Shown: positions 1 through 11,442 of the stretch, piece by piece
Layout: each line of letters starts with the position of its first letter
How positions within the stretch are numbered: the first letter of the stretch is position 1
Translations under genes and position numbers: made by a program
NCBI RefSeq assembly: GCF_009834535.1
Contig: NC_045697.1
Span: 103,232,001-103,296,000, forward strand
Reading direction: 5' to 3'
Length of the DNA: 64,000 bases
Source of the DNA: Camelus ferus
Lineage: Eukaryota
The notes under the pieces: generated by a model
Seen by the model: only the letters and a program-made list of their open reading frames with translations
What the model was told of the DNA's origin: nothing
The model's database searches: none

Positions 1-54
1 TAACACAGAGCATCAGCCAGTCCAACAGGCAGCAGTGTTCAATAATAACTAGGT

Positions 55-195
55 TCACTGGCCTCCCCTCCCTATTAGAATGTGAGTCATTGAGGGAGGG
101 GGTTCTGCATGATTTACTTGTAAACCCTCAGCATTTGCACATGCCTGATACACAGCAGGTGTGTAGTATACAGTTGCCGAGGAAACGAATGACCA
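55..195 (+). mobile_element. L2 3' end fragment
   Basis: ccctattagaatgtgagtcattgaggg...cacatgcctgatacacagcaggtg...gaatga resembles the L2 3' terminus. Confidence 0.55.
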
Positions 196-477
196 AATGA
201 AAGGACCCAAATGAGGCAGGGAATAAAGATTATTCTTACTTTATAGGGGGGAAAGACTGAGGCCTGGAAATAGCTTTTGTCAAGGCTAATGGCCAATTCA
301 GGGTGAAAAATAAGGCTACTTGCTTTCCGAATGGTGTTTTAACTCAACCCAAAGACTGTGATTTAATGATTTTATTAGTGGAAATGTTTGCGGTCTTTAG
401 CCATATCCCCAAAGATTCTATGTCCCTACTTCCCAACAACAAGCCACAGGATTATTCTTTTCAAAACAAATTCTCTG

Positions 478-1075
478 GCAGACACTGTTTTTCAATTAAA
501 CCAATAGTCATCCTCAACTTCCCCTCTTCCGTGTTTATTCCCACTGTAGAGGCAGCTGGGGTGGCCATGTGCTAAAATTCTGGCCAGTGAGAAGGCTTCT
601 GCTTTCCTGATAAAGGGAAAGATATGCACTATTATTTACAAAATAGATAAGCAACAAGGACCTACTGTATAGCACAGGGAACCATATTCAATATCTTGTA
701 ATAAACCATAATGGAAAAAAATCTGAAAAAAAAATGTATTACTGAATCACTTTGCTGTATACCTGAAACTAACACAACATTGTAAATCAACTATACTTCA
801 ATTAAAAAAGAAAGAAATACACATTTGATGTTGGCCCTTTCTCTCTTTTTCTTGCTTTAATGACAGAGGAAATGCCTGGGATTATGGCAGCCATTTTGTG
901 CATATGAGGCCTGAGGATGAAAGCCAATCTGCTAAGGATGAAGAAAGGGAAAGATGGGAAAAGTCTGAGTCTTTGATGGCACCTTCCAGTAGCAGAAACC
1001 ACCCACTCTGGACTTACTTGTTATGTGAGGAAATTAAACCCATTTGTTTCGGCTACTGTTAGCTGAGTCTTCCCT
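478..1075 (+). mobile_element. MaLR LTR (MLT1J-like), split by an L1 3' end
   Basis: ggccatgtgctaaaattctggccagtgaga, ggcagccattttg, tgctaaggatg and gttatgtgaggaaattaaaccc are typical MLT1 blocks. Confidence 0.75.
627..815 (+). mobile_element. L1 3' end (artiodactyl type)
   Basis: caacaaggacctactgtatagcacagggaac...aactaacacaacattgtaaatcaactatacttcaatt followed by an A-rich tail. Confidence 0.88.
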
Positions 1076-2349
1076 TATGATATTCTTTACTGAAACTCCT
1101 CCCTCCCATGGTAACTCTTGGTCTTAAGACTTTGAGTGTTAGGTCTGGTCTTTGACAAGCTTTATTCCAAACTCTTGCATCTTGTGAAGAACTCTCCACA
1201 TTGTCAACAGCAGTAAGTGTACAGCCAGCTGAGCACATTTCCGTCTTAATTATCTTTTGTTCTGCTAAAAAACAACTTTAAAAAATTTTCTTTTAGATTA
1301 TTAAGGAATTTGCTTTTTAAAAATTTTTTACTGAAACATAACATGTAACAGAAAAATTCACATAACACTAATTGTTTTCAAATGAGCCCAAAGTCAGGAA
1401 AAATTTATACTTTAATGTAAGTTATACTTTACATATAAGAAATACTATAGGTATTATTATTTTTTTAAAAATTGCTCTTCTTCATCTTTGTTCCCATATC
1501 CCTTCTGTTTCATTATTTTAAGAAGCTGTGAATGATTTTCTTCATTTCTTTTATAGTGAAATAAAAATATTTGTTCAATGATTATATATATTTTTATACA
1601 GTGTCTCAGAGGATTTTGTCTCCTATAATACACTTTATTTCCCTTTACCCTCTTTTACTCTGATTCCTGAGATATCCATAAATTGTTCCCATAAATTCCT
1701 GGCTACTCAGTACAGTTTGATCAGATATTTTTCTCTCTCCTTTTTCACCCATGCTCATTGCTTTGAATGCCATTTGGGTCTTTCCTTCTTCCTTAAATAA
1801 ATTTTTGTATTTGCTTTAAGTGAAGTAAACAGGTGCACGGGTGTGAGCATTTTTATCCCTTACAGCATAGTTCGGAAAATAAGAACAGGGTGTTTGGAGA
1901 GTCACCCCATCTTAGCAGTCCCAATACAAGGCTCTCAGTTTTCCTTTATGGTGAACTGAGGTCACTCATTCATAAAGGTAAGGCTGAATGACCAAGAGAC
2001 AGTATGTCAGTCCTCCTCTTGTGACCCAGTGACCCAAGGGGACAAGTCTCATTTCATGCACAGGCTCTGGGAAGAGGAAGCTCATCAAGTATTTCTCCAA
2101 AAATTTCCATGAAATAAACCCGCCTGGTAGCATTTGGGAGGGAGTGCTAGTAAACTGTACATGACAGAACGTTGGGTCCAGCAGAGGACTTTGAATCCAG
2201 CTCTTATTCCCTTGAAGATGAAATGGGGCATTCAATTCCGGGACCTCTCCTATACCAGTGCACTCCACAACCCGTCCAGGGCTGAGTAACAGAATCAAGG
2301 TTCCCGGAGTAACCACAGCTCCATCCTGCCCCAAAGCTTAGTTCAGGGA

Positions 2350-2487
2350 GGAACCTTAAAGGTCATCCTGTTCAATGCCCTCTTCTTACACAGAAGGAAG
2401 CCGAGGCCCAGAGGACTGAAGTGATTGCCCAGGTACCCTGGCTAGTGACTCTGGGGAGAGCAGAGACCAGAGCCACAGTCTCACTGA
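2350..2487 (-). mobile_element. MIR SINE inside Gypsy copy A
   Basis: ttacacagaaggaagccgaggcccagagg...gtgattgcccaggt...gctagt matches the MIR core. The block is absent from the homologous position in copy B. Confidence 0.7.
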
Positions 2488-2852
2488 AGCTCCTCCAAGC
2501 CATCTGGAATCACTGCCAAAGTCTACAACACACAAGGAGGGTTTTTTTCTTTCTCCTCCTGTTTTTTGGCTCTGAGCTTAAATTCTTGGTTATAAGTGGA
2601 CAAGTGCAGATTTAGCAACAATTCACAGACACTAGGATTTCTTTCTATCTCTCCTCTCGAAGGTGTCAGCCTAGAATATTTCCAGCCACAGAGAAGTTAG
2701 AAACTGCAATATGTCAAGAAGTAGAATAAAGATGGAACCGGAGGAAGATCAAATGGGAAAAATCTAAAAGCCAATCCCCACTGAGGTAAACCAGTTATTA
2801 TTTAAGAAAGTTCCCTTGAGTCTTTCACTGACATTTGAGGGAGCATTTTGTT

Positions 2853-2877
2853 AACAAACAAACAAACAAACAAACAA
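2853..2877. repeat. (AAAC)n microsatellite
   Basis: aacaaacaaacaaacaaacaaacaa. Confidence 0.95.
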
Positions 2878-3568
2878 ATGACAATAACAACAAAAAACCC
2901 TCAGAGGGGCAAAGGAAAGGACTTCAGTGTGCTTCTTTTCAGTTTTAATATCACTTAGCTCCCTGACTGGTGTATCATCTGGTTTTTGTTGGTGTGTTTT
3001 GTTGTGTGAGAAGATCCTGGCATCTCCTGCCAAAATAATCCTCTCAAAGAATCATCTCTCAACCTGACTTTGGCAAGAGAAATGTGGAAAGAGAGAGAAG
3101 GCTTTATTTGGTTAAAGCTGTAAGCAAAAGATTGGCCAAAATGTGACCTCAACACATAAATAACTGTCCAGATCAACCAAATCCGCATCAGCTGCTCAAT
3201 GGGGAAGAGGCTCTGGGGCCCTTTGGGTTTTCCATGATGACAGATGGTATTTTGATGATTTCTCTTTCATCATCAAGCCTGGAGAGTTTAGAGGCGTATC
3301 TCCAGTGAAATTCTGAAACCATCTGCATTGAGACTCAGTACTCTTTGACAGGTTAAAACCTATCTGGTCATTTCTAGGCAGGGCATGTGATTTTTTTGGT
3401 TAGTCCTCTCCCTACTGGCTCTATCCTTTGGTTTCATGGACTTAAGACAAGCTGCTGCCTTCTGAGGGCTGCTTGTGAATTAAGACATCAGCTGTGGTTT
3501 AGGACTCTTTGGGGGTTAATATCTTTCCTCTAGTGTTTGCAGTTCTATATTCTTTACAAATTCTTTTT

Positions 3569-3688
3569 TGGGGGGAGGTATGTCTGTCTGTCTGTTTGTT
3601 TGTTTTTAGTGGAGGTACTGAGGATTGAACCCAGGACCTTGTGCATGCTAGGCATGCCCTCTACCATTGAACTATACCCTTCTCCCCC
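3569..3688 (-). mobile_element. tRNA-derived SINE, camelid Vic-1-like
   Basis: ggaggtactgaggattgaacccaggaccttgtgcatgctaggc...ctaccattgaactataccc; 13-bp TSD acaaattcttttt at 3556-3568 and 3689-3701. Confidence 0.88.
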
Positions 3689-3719
3689 ACAAATTCTTTT
3701 TCATTTTAAAGGTCACTTC

Positions 3720-5120
3720 AACTTAGGGTAATTTGGCAGGTTCTAACAGATCTATTACGTTCCCTATGACCACCTCTTGGCAGGTCTTGGTGTAACCAAA
3801 TTCCCCTTTTAAGATCATTCTGGACAATCTCCCAAAGTATGAGATTTTTGCTGGTCAGGATGTCAGTTCAATGAACAGCTATGATAGTAAAATTTAGCAA
3901 CAGTTGATCTGTGCTCAATTATAAATCCTGGGTGGAGATTCTTAGGCATAAAAGAGTTCACAGCCTGAATCTTCTTTGGGCTCATTTCAAACTTCAATGC
4001 TTAGCAAACTTAAGCATTAAAGTCCATGCATAGGTCCCGGAAGTATTTCTCCAAAAACTGACATAAAATAAACCTATCTGGTAGAATATGGGAGGGAGCT
4101 CTATTAAACTCTACTGGACAGAACATTAGATCAAGTAGAAGACTCAGATTTCTTCGAATGTAATTCTTTCCCTTCCATGAGGATGAAACCGAGGCACAAA
4201 ATTCTAGGACCTCTCTCACTCCAATGCACCCCACAACTTACACAGGCTTGAGTAACAGAACTGAGATTTCTAAAGTGACTGAGTCCTCATCCTGCCCCAA
4301 ACCTTAGTTTAGGGAGGAAACTTAACTGTCATTCAAGCTCCTCTGAACCATAAGACATCAATGCCAAAGTCTACAACCAACATGGGTTTGTGGAACTGGT
4401 TATTAGTAAACATCCTGGGGTCAACCCAGAAAAGTTTGATGACATTTTTTTGTGTGTAATCCTGGGCAACAGTGAGCCTCAATGAATCCTTACTAATTGA
4501 CTTTTAATCTGGCAGAGAACCACAAATGTTTCCTGTATCTGTTTTTTTTTATGCAAGTCATTTAAAATCAATAGAAGAAAACTGGACCTTGATTCCTCTG
4601 GTGATAGACAATGGCTAGGACTGGTCCCCATCAGGCTGGTGAGGCTGATCACATAGAACCTGAGTACCTTGGGGAACTTCTCTAAGCATCCAGAGAGGGT
4701 CCCTGGCAGAATTTAGCCAATTGATGTCTGTCATCTCTACATAACTTCACCTTAACAAGAAATCTATCCAGAATTTGGATGTTGCTTCTATGTTTTCCCT
4801 TTACTTGTACTTTCAAGATCAGTGGACCCTCAACAAATGCTTATGGAATAAGTGAGACAGTTGCATGGCCAAGATCATGATTGTTGAACTAAATGGCAAC
4901 TAAATTTTGCACTGCAACAGGGAAGCACACTGACAGGAGTCACATCTAAAGGGCTTTGCTTATTATCTTGTCAGTTACCTAGACCAGTGACCACTTCTCT
5001 TCTGAATAATGCTGGTAGGATTAAAGTCTTATTTAGCAAATGCCCTTAAAATGTCCCAATGTTGGGGTCATTTACAAATCTTTGTTAGAACCGTCAGGCC
5101 TGGGAGCTGTGTCATTCTTA
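3720..5120 (-). mobile_element. Decayed Ty3/Gypsy internal region, copy B: gag-protease-linker, RT core apparently deleted, RT thumb retained
   Basis: Gag SKAL-RW-VTP-like 4960-4935; protease FIEA-TVAQD 4486-4459; RT thumb EMSPKKIQAVNSFMPKNL from 3988 and NFTIIAVH*TDILTSKNLILW 3894-3832. Nucleotide homology to copy A: 4025-4380 vs 2055-2530. Confidence 0.72.
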
Positions 5121-5169
5121 ACAGCTTTGTGTCAGACACTGCTGATTGCTTATTCAATATCCAACAGAG

Positions 5170-5580
5170 CTAGAATTTTTTTCTTTAGGGTAGCAACGTG
5201 CCTTGTTTCAAAAGCACACACTTCCCTTCCTAGCTTTGACTGCTGTTAGAGGCTAACCCTGAAATACAGTTCTGGCCAATGAGATGTAGGTGGAAGTTCC
5301 TGGGGAGAGATTCTCTGGCTCTCCCCTGCTCCCTGAAAAAAAAAGACAGTCTTGTGAAAAGGCCTTTCAGCCTGGCTCTTCCTCCTTGGACACTGGGAAG
5401 TAGAGAAGCCCTCTTTCAACCATGAAGATAAAAGCCATATGATAAGGTGGTAGATAGAGCAAAAAATGAGGAGGCTGGGTCTCCAAACAGCTGCACCCAT
5501 TTCTGAATTCATTATGTGAAAACAACAGACCCCCATTTGGTTAAGTCACTGTGATTAAGCTGAATATATTTCTAACAGAT
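5170..5580 (+). mobile_element. MaLR LTR (old MLT1 subfamily)
   Basis: agcaacgtgcc, agttctggccaatgagatgtaggtggaagt, ttatgtgaaaacaacagacccccatttggttaagtcactg. Confidence 0.72.
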
Positions 5581-5699
5581 AAAGTCTTAAAGTGTGTAGC
5601 TAGTTTCACCCCTATTGGGCAACTTATCTCTGTAATGCAAAACAGTATCAGAGTTGCTTAAAAGTATATTAAGGAGATGATAATGCATAATTAAAAAAC

Positions 5700-5955
5700 A
5701 GTAATTGCCTACATTCATGGAGGATTTACCATGGTGCCAGGCACTGTGTTATGTACATACACATGTCACACTGACATTTATAACAGCACGATGGTTAGAT
5801 ACTATCGTTACCATTCCCACTTAAAAAAAAGGTGTCTCAGGCCCAGGGAGGTTGAACAATGAATTTGAGGTCACTCAGCTGGTAAGTGACAACCTATCTC
5901 CAACCAAAGCCTGTCTGACTCCAAGGCCCAAACCCTTAACCACTCATTACATTAT
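5700..5955 (-). mobile_element. MIR SINE
   Basis: gtgccaggcactgtg...aggcccagggaggttgaac...gaggtcactcagctggtaagtg...ctgtctgactccaaggccc. Confidence 0.7.
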
Positions 5956-6779
5956 ACTATTATACAAGATCAGAGAAGAAAATCTAAGGGTTCCGATTTT
6001 TTTCACCAGAGACACATCTATCTACTACAATCTGAATTTGTTCGACTTTAAATTTTCCTATATTCACCAGCCATAACAAACCAGCATCCATGGTTGCATA
6101 AATTTCAAGGGGGGCTTTACTAGGGCAACCCAAATGCTCATCCCGGGACCTGGACAGAGAGAAAACGGCTGAACTTGGAGCCTCCCCCTCATTTCTCTTG
6201 CCAGGGTCCTCTCGGGTCTCTTCCTGGGTCTTTACCGCTGATGAGTTGCTGGATATCAAAAATCTAAGCACCAATTATGTAAATTTTAATTAAATCCTTT
6301 CAGGTCAGCTTTCAGTTGCCCCAGAATAAGACCCTATAATGACTGTTGTTTCACCTTTTCCCAAGGAAGAAAAAGAACAAGCATTCAAGTGCAGAGCTAC
6401 CCAATGACTCTATGAGGTGATGGCAAATCTTTAAATCCAAAAGGGTTTTCTGTTACGCATTATTGTAAAGTATGGGCACACAGGAGAACACCTTGAGGGG
6501 AAGCATTAACCATTATTTGGGCAAACAGGAGAATTATCTCTTTTTCCTCTTGTTTATTGCTGGACTGGGTGCTCAATATTTGTTTATTGAATAAATGAGG
6601 GAATGAATAAACTAAAAACAAATCACCGTCACTAAAACATTTAAACTTTCTAAAATACTCTAAAATGGGAAAATTCAGACTAAGATAACTTCTCAAATAC
6701 TAAAATTTTAATCTTCATTTATTTCTAAAATTATATGATGTTCTATGCATCACACCTATAGAGTATTTAAAAATTTTTT

Positions 6780-7500
6780 TTTAACATGTCTCTTTTTAAA
6801 TTCAAGTCACAGTCATTTCCAAATATTATTCAAGTAAGCCCCTAGGGATCTGCAGTTCTCTTCACTGAGATTGGAATCCACTGGTGTTCTCAATTATTCT
6901 AGTCCTCTTTTCTTACGGACAAGCCTTGATCATATCACCCAATTCCTTTAAAGATTTCTAAATTTTCTTAAAGCCCTTATCAGCTCCCAGACACTGCAAT
7001 ATTCTTGTGTGACTACATCCAGTTTCAAATTTTCAGTCTTCTCCGTCTGCTCCTCATCTCTTGAATTCTGTATTAACAGAAAATATAACTCTTCCAGTTT
7101 GCCTTTCTCTTGACCTTGGGTTTTAGCACATTATAAAGTCTGTGTTAGTTGATGGCAGATTTAACATTTTAAGGCAACACTCATCACACACATTTTTCTC
7201 CTGGACTCAGAAATGCTATCTATTTGATGAAGCAGAGTTATATGATTTTATATGATGGAGATATCTGTCTGTTGGTTTGTTCAATTATTTTCCCCCAGGT
7301 AGGGCTGACAGACATGGGGTTGGGAAACATACCTTGTTAGTATTTTCCTGTGAAAGTATGTCATAATATTGGCAACAGTGGTTATTTGTTACCAATCATA
7401 GTAAGTAACACAGTTGGCAAACATTTTATTTTTTAAATAAATAAAACTGGCCATCTCCACAATAATATCATTGTCAATAACTCAAATATTCATGTACTTT
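6780..7500 (-). mobile_element. Probable TcMar-Tigger transposase remnant
   Basis: Minus-strand translation near 7420-7260 gives LLTMIGN...NKVCFPTP..(frameshift)QP..G.IIEQTNR, resembling the pogo/Tigger DDE motif LLLDN..H...VFLPPNTTSxxQPxDQGII. Highly decayed. Confidence 0.45.
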
Positions 7501-7569
7501 CTTTAATGGGGGAGAAACCTGTGGATAGAAATGCAGCTGAAAGAGGAATTATACATACAACTAGTTAAG

Positions 7570-7800
7570 ATTTACTTAGCATTTATGTTGTTCCAGGCAC
7601 TGTGGCTAAGTCCTTTACTTTCATAATATTTAATCCTCACAACACATTAAGGTTGATTGCATCATTGTCCTCATTGTACAGATGAGAAAAATCAAAGCTC
7701 AGAATGCTTGAGGAATTAGTCTGTTCTCACACAGCAGGGAAGAGGTGGAGGTGGGATCTGAACCTGGGATACCCAACCTGGAAGAGCAGGCACTCTGTGG
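7570..7800 (-). mobile_element. MIR SINE
   Basis: ccaggcactgtggctaagtcctttac...tttaatcctcacaac...cattgtacagatgagaaaa. Confidence 0.75.
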
Positions 7801-9869
7801 CTCCCTTTATATCGCATGTGACATGTAACAGTCTTCATGGGGAGTCATTGCTTTTTGTGACGGGTCTTAATCTCTCCAAGTAGAAAAAGCCTGATAGATG
7901 ATGACCTTGATTGGGACCGGGTCCTAAGGAGGCCAAAGCCATGTGTCTAGTTTTTCTCTTTCCTAGATGGCAAGTGTCACTGCATTTTATGGTCTCAGAT
8001 GAAAATGCAACCTTACCAGTTGCCTTAAACACAAATGTTCCTGTTAAAGAACAGAACGTAGCTACAGCGTGGAAGGTTTAATGTTTAATCCTACTCCAAA
8101 CACACATCCTATTGACACGAAGTTGAAGAACTGAACTTGTGTATAAAAGTTAAGGCATTACTATAATCAATATAATTAAATGAAAAATCTAAACCATTTC
8201 TATTTAACCATTTAAGGATTGAAAGAGCAAAAAGTGGATTTTCAGCTCAGAATGTAAATGTAAACATCCAATGGCCTAAGGATGTGTCAAAAAAACAGGT
8301 TGATACTCAGTGATACAGCTCCAAAGTAGTTGAGCAAGAGAAGGAGAAGTTAAAAAAAAAAAAGTTTTCCTTCTATTTCAATTTTCCAATTGGAAAGGAA
8401 ATCAAGTAAATACAAAAATATCAATATAGTATTTTGGTTATAAATCAAAGTATGGAAAAATCAAATAATAAATCTAGAAGTATGCAGGCGCTACCTAATT
8501 GCATAGTGGAAACACAATATATTTTACTTATGTGTCTTATATTACTGTAGGTTGTATATATGCATTTTTCTCATATTTTCTGACTTGGTCGTCTTTGAAA
8601 GCATCTCTTTTTGGCCTCCTTTTTTTATGTAGATCTTAAATATAATAGACAATCAATAAATATGTGTTGATTTGATTAAAATTTCACTAATAGGCAAAGG
8701 AGAGAAAAACATGGATGCATGATGTATGTAAATTAATGTAAACCACATGCAAATAGATAAGGCTGAGAAATCCTAGCCTATCGCTTGTTCCACCACTTCC
8801 TACCCCGTAACAGAAAGTCACTACCTCCAGCGATGATGATGGAGGCTCTATATTCTTTGGAGACTTCACTTCAGGAGAATCTTTGCTCACCCTCTGTACT
8901 AGGGAGAACAAGGGAGAAGGCACACTACTGCTGAGGTGCGGGCCAGCTAATTGCTTGCCTCAAGTCGTACCTGTAGAAGCCAGACTGGGCATGAACCAGT
9001 CTTTGCTCAGTGCCCTCTTCGCCTCATTCTCTGCCTCCCCACATGCTGAAGCTCAGGTTCTTAACCACACCACGTACCAAAGGCTTTGCATAACTAAGCA
9101 GTCTTCGAACTGTACACTGTACTATAGAACACGTACTATAGTGGAGAACAGATGTCACCATCAGAATCTTATTTTCTGCTATTTCCCAGTTGTGGCATGT
9201 GCACATTTGTAACCTTACTGTTGCACGAACAAAGATTCTTGCATTTAATACTCTTATGGGAGCTCACAAATGCTCCTTGAGTTGGAACGCTGTCATACTC
9301 TGATTTCAACAGAGTACGGCTGCTTTTTCAGCACATGATTTGCCTCCAGGTCCTCTTGGTGTTGTCTAAACTGGAAATGTGGTCACATTCTAATCTCACA
9401 GGAGATACTGTCAGGTAAAACTCCTAGAGATATATATTTGTCATTTCAAAAGCATATACGTACCCAACAGCCGTAAAGGCCAATGGAAGAGCTCCCCACC
9501 TGTCAAGACCCAAGTCACAGAACGATTTCTATTGTGAAGAAACAAGTAACATCTCCAGCAGAACAGGGCACCGAATAACACCAAATCCCAAATACTGGTC
9601 TAGCGAGAAACCATGGGTAAAAAGTGAGTTTCCCAAAGCAAGGCTTTCAAATGGAATGGCATACCTATTTCTTCTTCCAAAGTGAAGCTTTAGCCAAAAT
9701 GGCCAACCACAATACCTAGACTAAGCCTATTAACCACCCATGCCTGTCAAGTGACGTCAGAATCACCGTCAGCTGCTTATGGGGAGTGATTGTGTCTACC
9801 TCCTCCACTGCATTATTTATAGATAGAAGAATCACGTTACTGAGGCACCAGGATAATCATATGTATGCC

Positions 9870-10403
9870 TTTTTTTTAAAATTGAAGCACAGTCAGTTAC
9901 AATGTGTCCATTTCTGGTGCACAGCACAATGCCCCAGTCATGCATATACATACATTTATGCGTTTTCATATTCTTTTCCATTAAAGGATAATATACAAGA
10001 TATTGAACATAGTACTCTGTGCTCTACAAAAGAAACTTTAAAAAAATCTATTTTTATATATAGTGGCTAACATTTGTAAATCTCTAACTCCCAAATTTAT
10101 CCCTTCCTAACCCTTCTCCCTGGTAACCATAAGATTGTTTACTATGTCTGCAAGTCTGTTTCTGTTTTGTAGATGAGCTTATAGTGTCCTTTTTTTCTTT
10201 TTAGTTTCCACATGTAAGTGATATCATATGGTATTTTTCTTTCTCTTTATGGCTTACTTCACTTAGAATGATGATCTCTAGGTCCACCCATGTTACTGCA
10301 AATGGCATTATTTTATTTTTTATGGCTGAGTAGTATTCCGTTGTATAAACATACCACAGCTTCTTTATCCAGTCATCTGTTGATGGACATTTAGGTTGCT
10401 TCA
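9870..10403 (-). mobile_element. L1 3' fragment (ORF2 C-terminus plus 3' UTR)
   Basis: ORF 10201..10404 KQPKCPSTDDWIKKLWYVYTTEYYSAIK is the L1 ORF2 C-terminus; T-rich tail at ~9870. Confidence 0.92.
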
Positions 10404-11021
10404 TTTAATGCAGTCATTTTTGCCCTAAGTAATGGAATGTGGAAGAGTTAAATCAGATTCAATTTGGTTCATGTATGGGATGGAGGTGCAACGGGAATGT
10501 TTAAAAGAAGGGATGTAGAAGCAGCCATCATTTTTTCTGAAGTTCTGTGCTCTCACTGCTCAGCTAGAGTAGGGTGTCTTACACCAGTGGCTCCTCAACT
10601 AAGACTTCTAAATCCCCTTCAGTTTAATATGGAGCCAGTCATCTAATAAAGCATACAAAAATATGTAAAAGAGTTGGTTGTTAATTCCGGGCACCTATAA
10701 CTTGGCCCATGTAGTTAAATGGTCGTGTCTCTATATGAAGATGAAATGGCCCAGTGAATGCAGTCATAAGCTCCAATGTGACTCCACTGAGCCATTGCTT
10801 TGGCCTCAGTGTCTATATATCAGCAGGTTCCTCTACATCTGATGTCCTCTATATCTTGTTAAATCAGGAAGGATGTAATCATTTGATTCCACAGGGTAGG
10901 AAGACTTGCCATTCACACCCATGGAGGGACAAGACTCTTACTTCATTTCCTCATTTCAAATACCAGCTTGAAAGGAGGTTTTTTATTCTTTAAAGTGGAA
11001 GGGTGCTTAAGAATAAATGTT

Positions 11022-11085
11022 TCATCCATGTTGCTGCAAATGGCATTATTTTATTCTTCTTTTAATTGACGAGTATTCCATTTTT

Positions 11086-11116
<31 letters not shown>

Positions 11117-11442
11117 CACAACTTCTTTGTCCAATCATCTGCATATATAGATGTATAACTGAATCACTATGCTGTACACTGGAAATTAACACAACATTGT
11201 AACCTGACTATATTTCAATTTAAAAAAAGTGGGATATAACACTACTGTGTATAAAATAGATAACAAGGGCCTACTGTATAGCACAGGGAACTATATTCAA
11301 TATCTTGTGATAACCTACAATGGAAAAGAATCTGAAAAAGAATATTGGAGAATATGTATAAAACTGGATCACTTTACTGTACACCTGAAACTAACACAAC
11401 ACAGTAAATCAACTATACTTAAATAAATTTTTTTTAATTAAA
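11022..11442. mobile_element. Composite L1 insertion: inverted ORF2-end piece plus two L1 3' ends
   Basis: Minus-strand piece ~11022-11140, plus-strand 3' ends ~11141-11228 and ~11229-11442, all within direct repeat aagaataaatgtt (11009-11021, 11443-11455). Confidence 0.8.

Larger units (their letters stand above)
385..3550 (-). mobile_element. Decayed Ty3/Gypsy (sushi-like) internal region, copy A: gag-protease-RT, interrupted by later insertions
   Basis: Motifs in the expected order on the minus strand (several need frameshifts). Gag: NDQIGFNLSKSTESQCRWFQNFTGDTPLNSPGLMMKEK 3372-3259, QGPQSL ~3225-3207, DDSLRGL ~3056-3036. Knuckle end KCQ*KTQGN 2836-2810. Protease-like SVAGNILG 2692-2669. 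RT: GKLR-PCI-DC 1944-1915, KHPVLI-SEL 1895-1868, KEEGKTQMAFK 1794-1762, RVLHKMQEFGIKL ~1195-1157, IILWLVVG/SRDIESLG/MAK ~455-390. Confidence 0.75.

Noticed and set aside
1500..1600. IIIEQIFLF..RNEENHSQLLK resembling RT motif C
   Set aside because: AT-rich low-complexity sequence. A better placed motif C/D-like segment occurs at ~1255-1157, so this match is probably chance.
1866..2163. Apparent plus-strand exons (acceptor ttttatcccttacag at 1865, donor AAG|gtaagg at 1977, second acceptor at 2063, in frame to KYFSKNF...NCT*)
   Set aside because: Lies antisense over the Gypsy RT remnant, ends quickly in stops, and the paralogous copy has a stop in that frame. No transcript evidence is available.
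3069..3092. SFHISLAK resembling the Gypsy integrase GPY/F motif (VFHVSLLK); also HQDLPRGGH at 3766-3792 resembling the integrase zinc finger
   Set aside because: The motifs around 3069 fit the gag C-terminal region better, and no DDE core was found, so integrase is not claimed.
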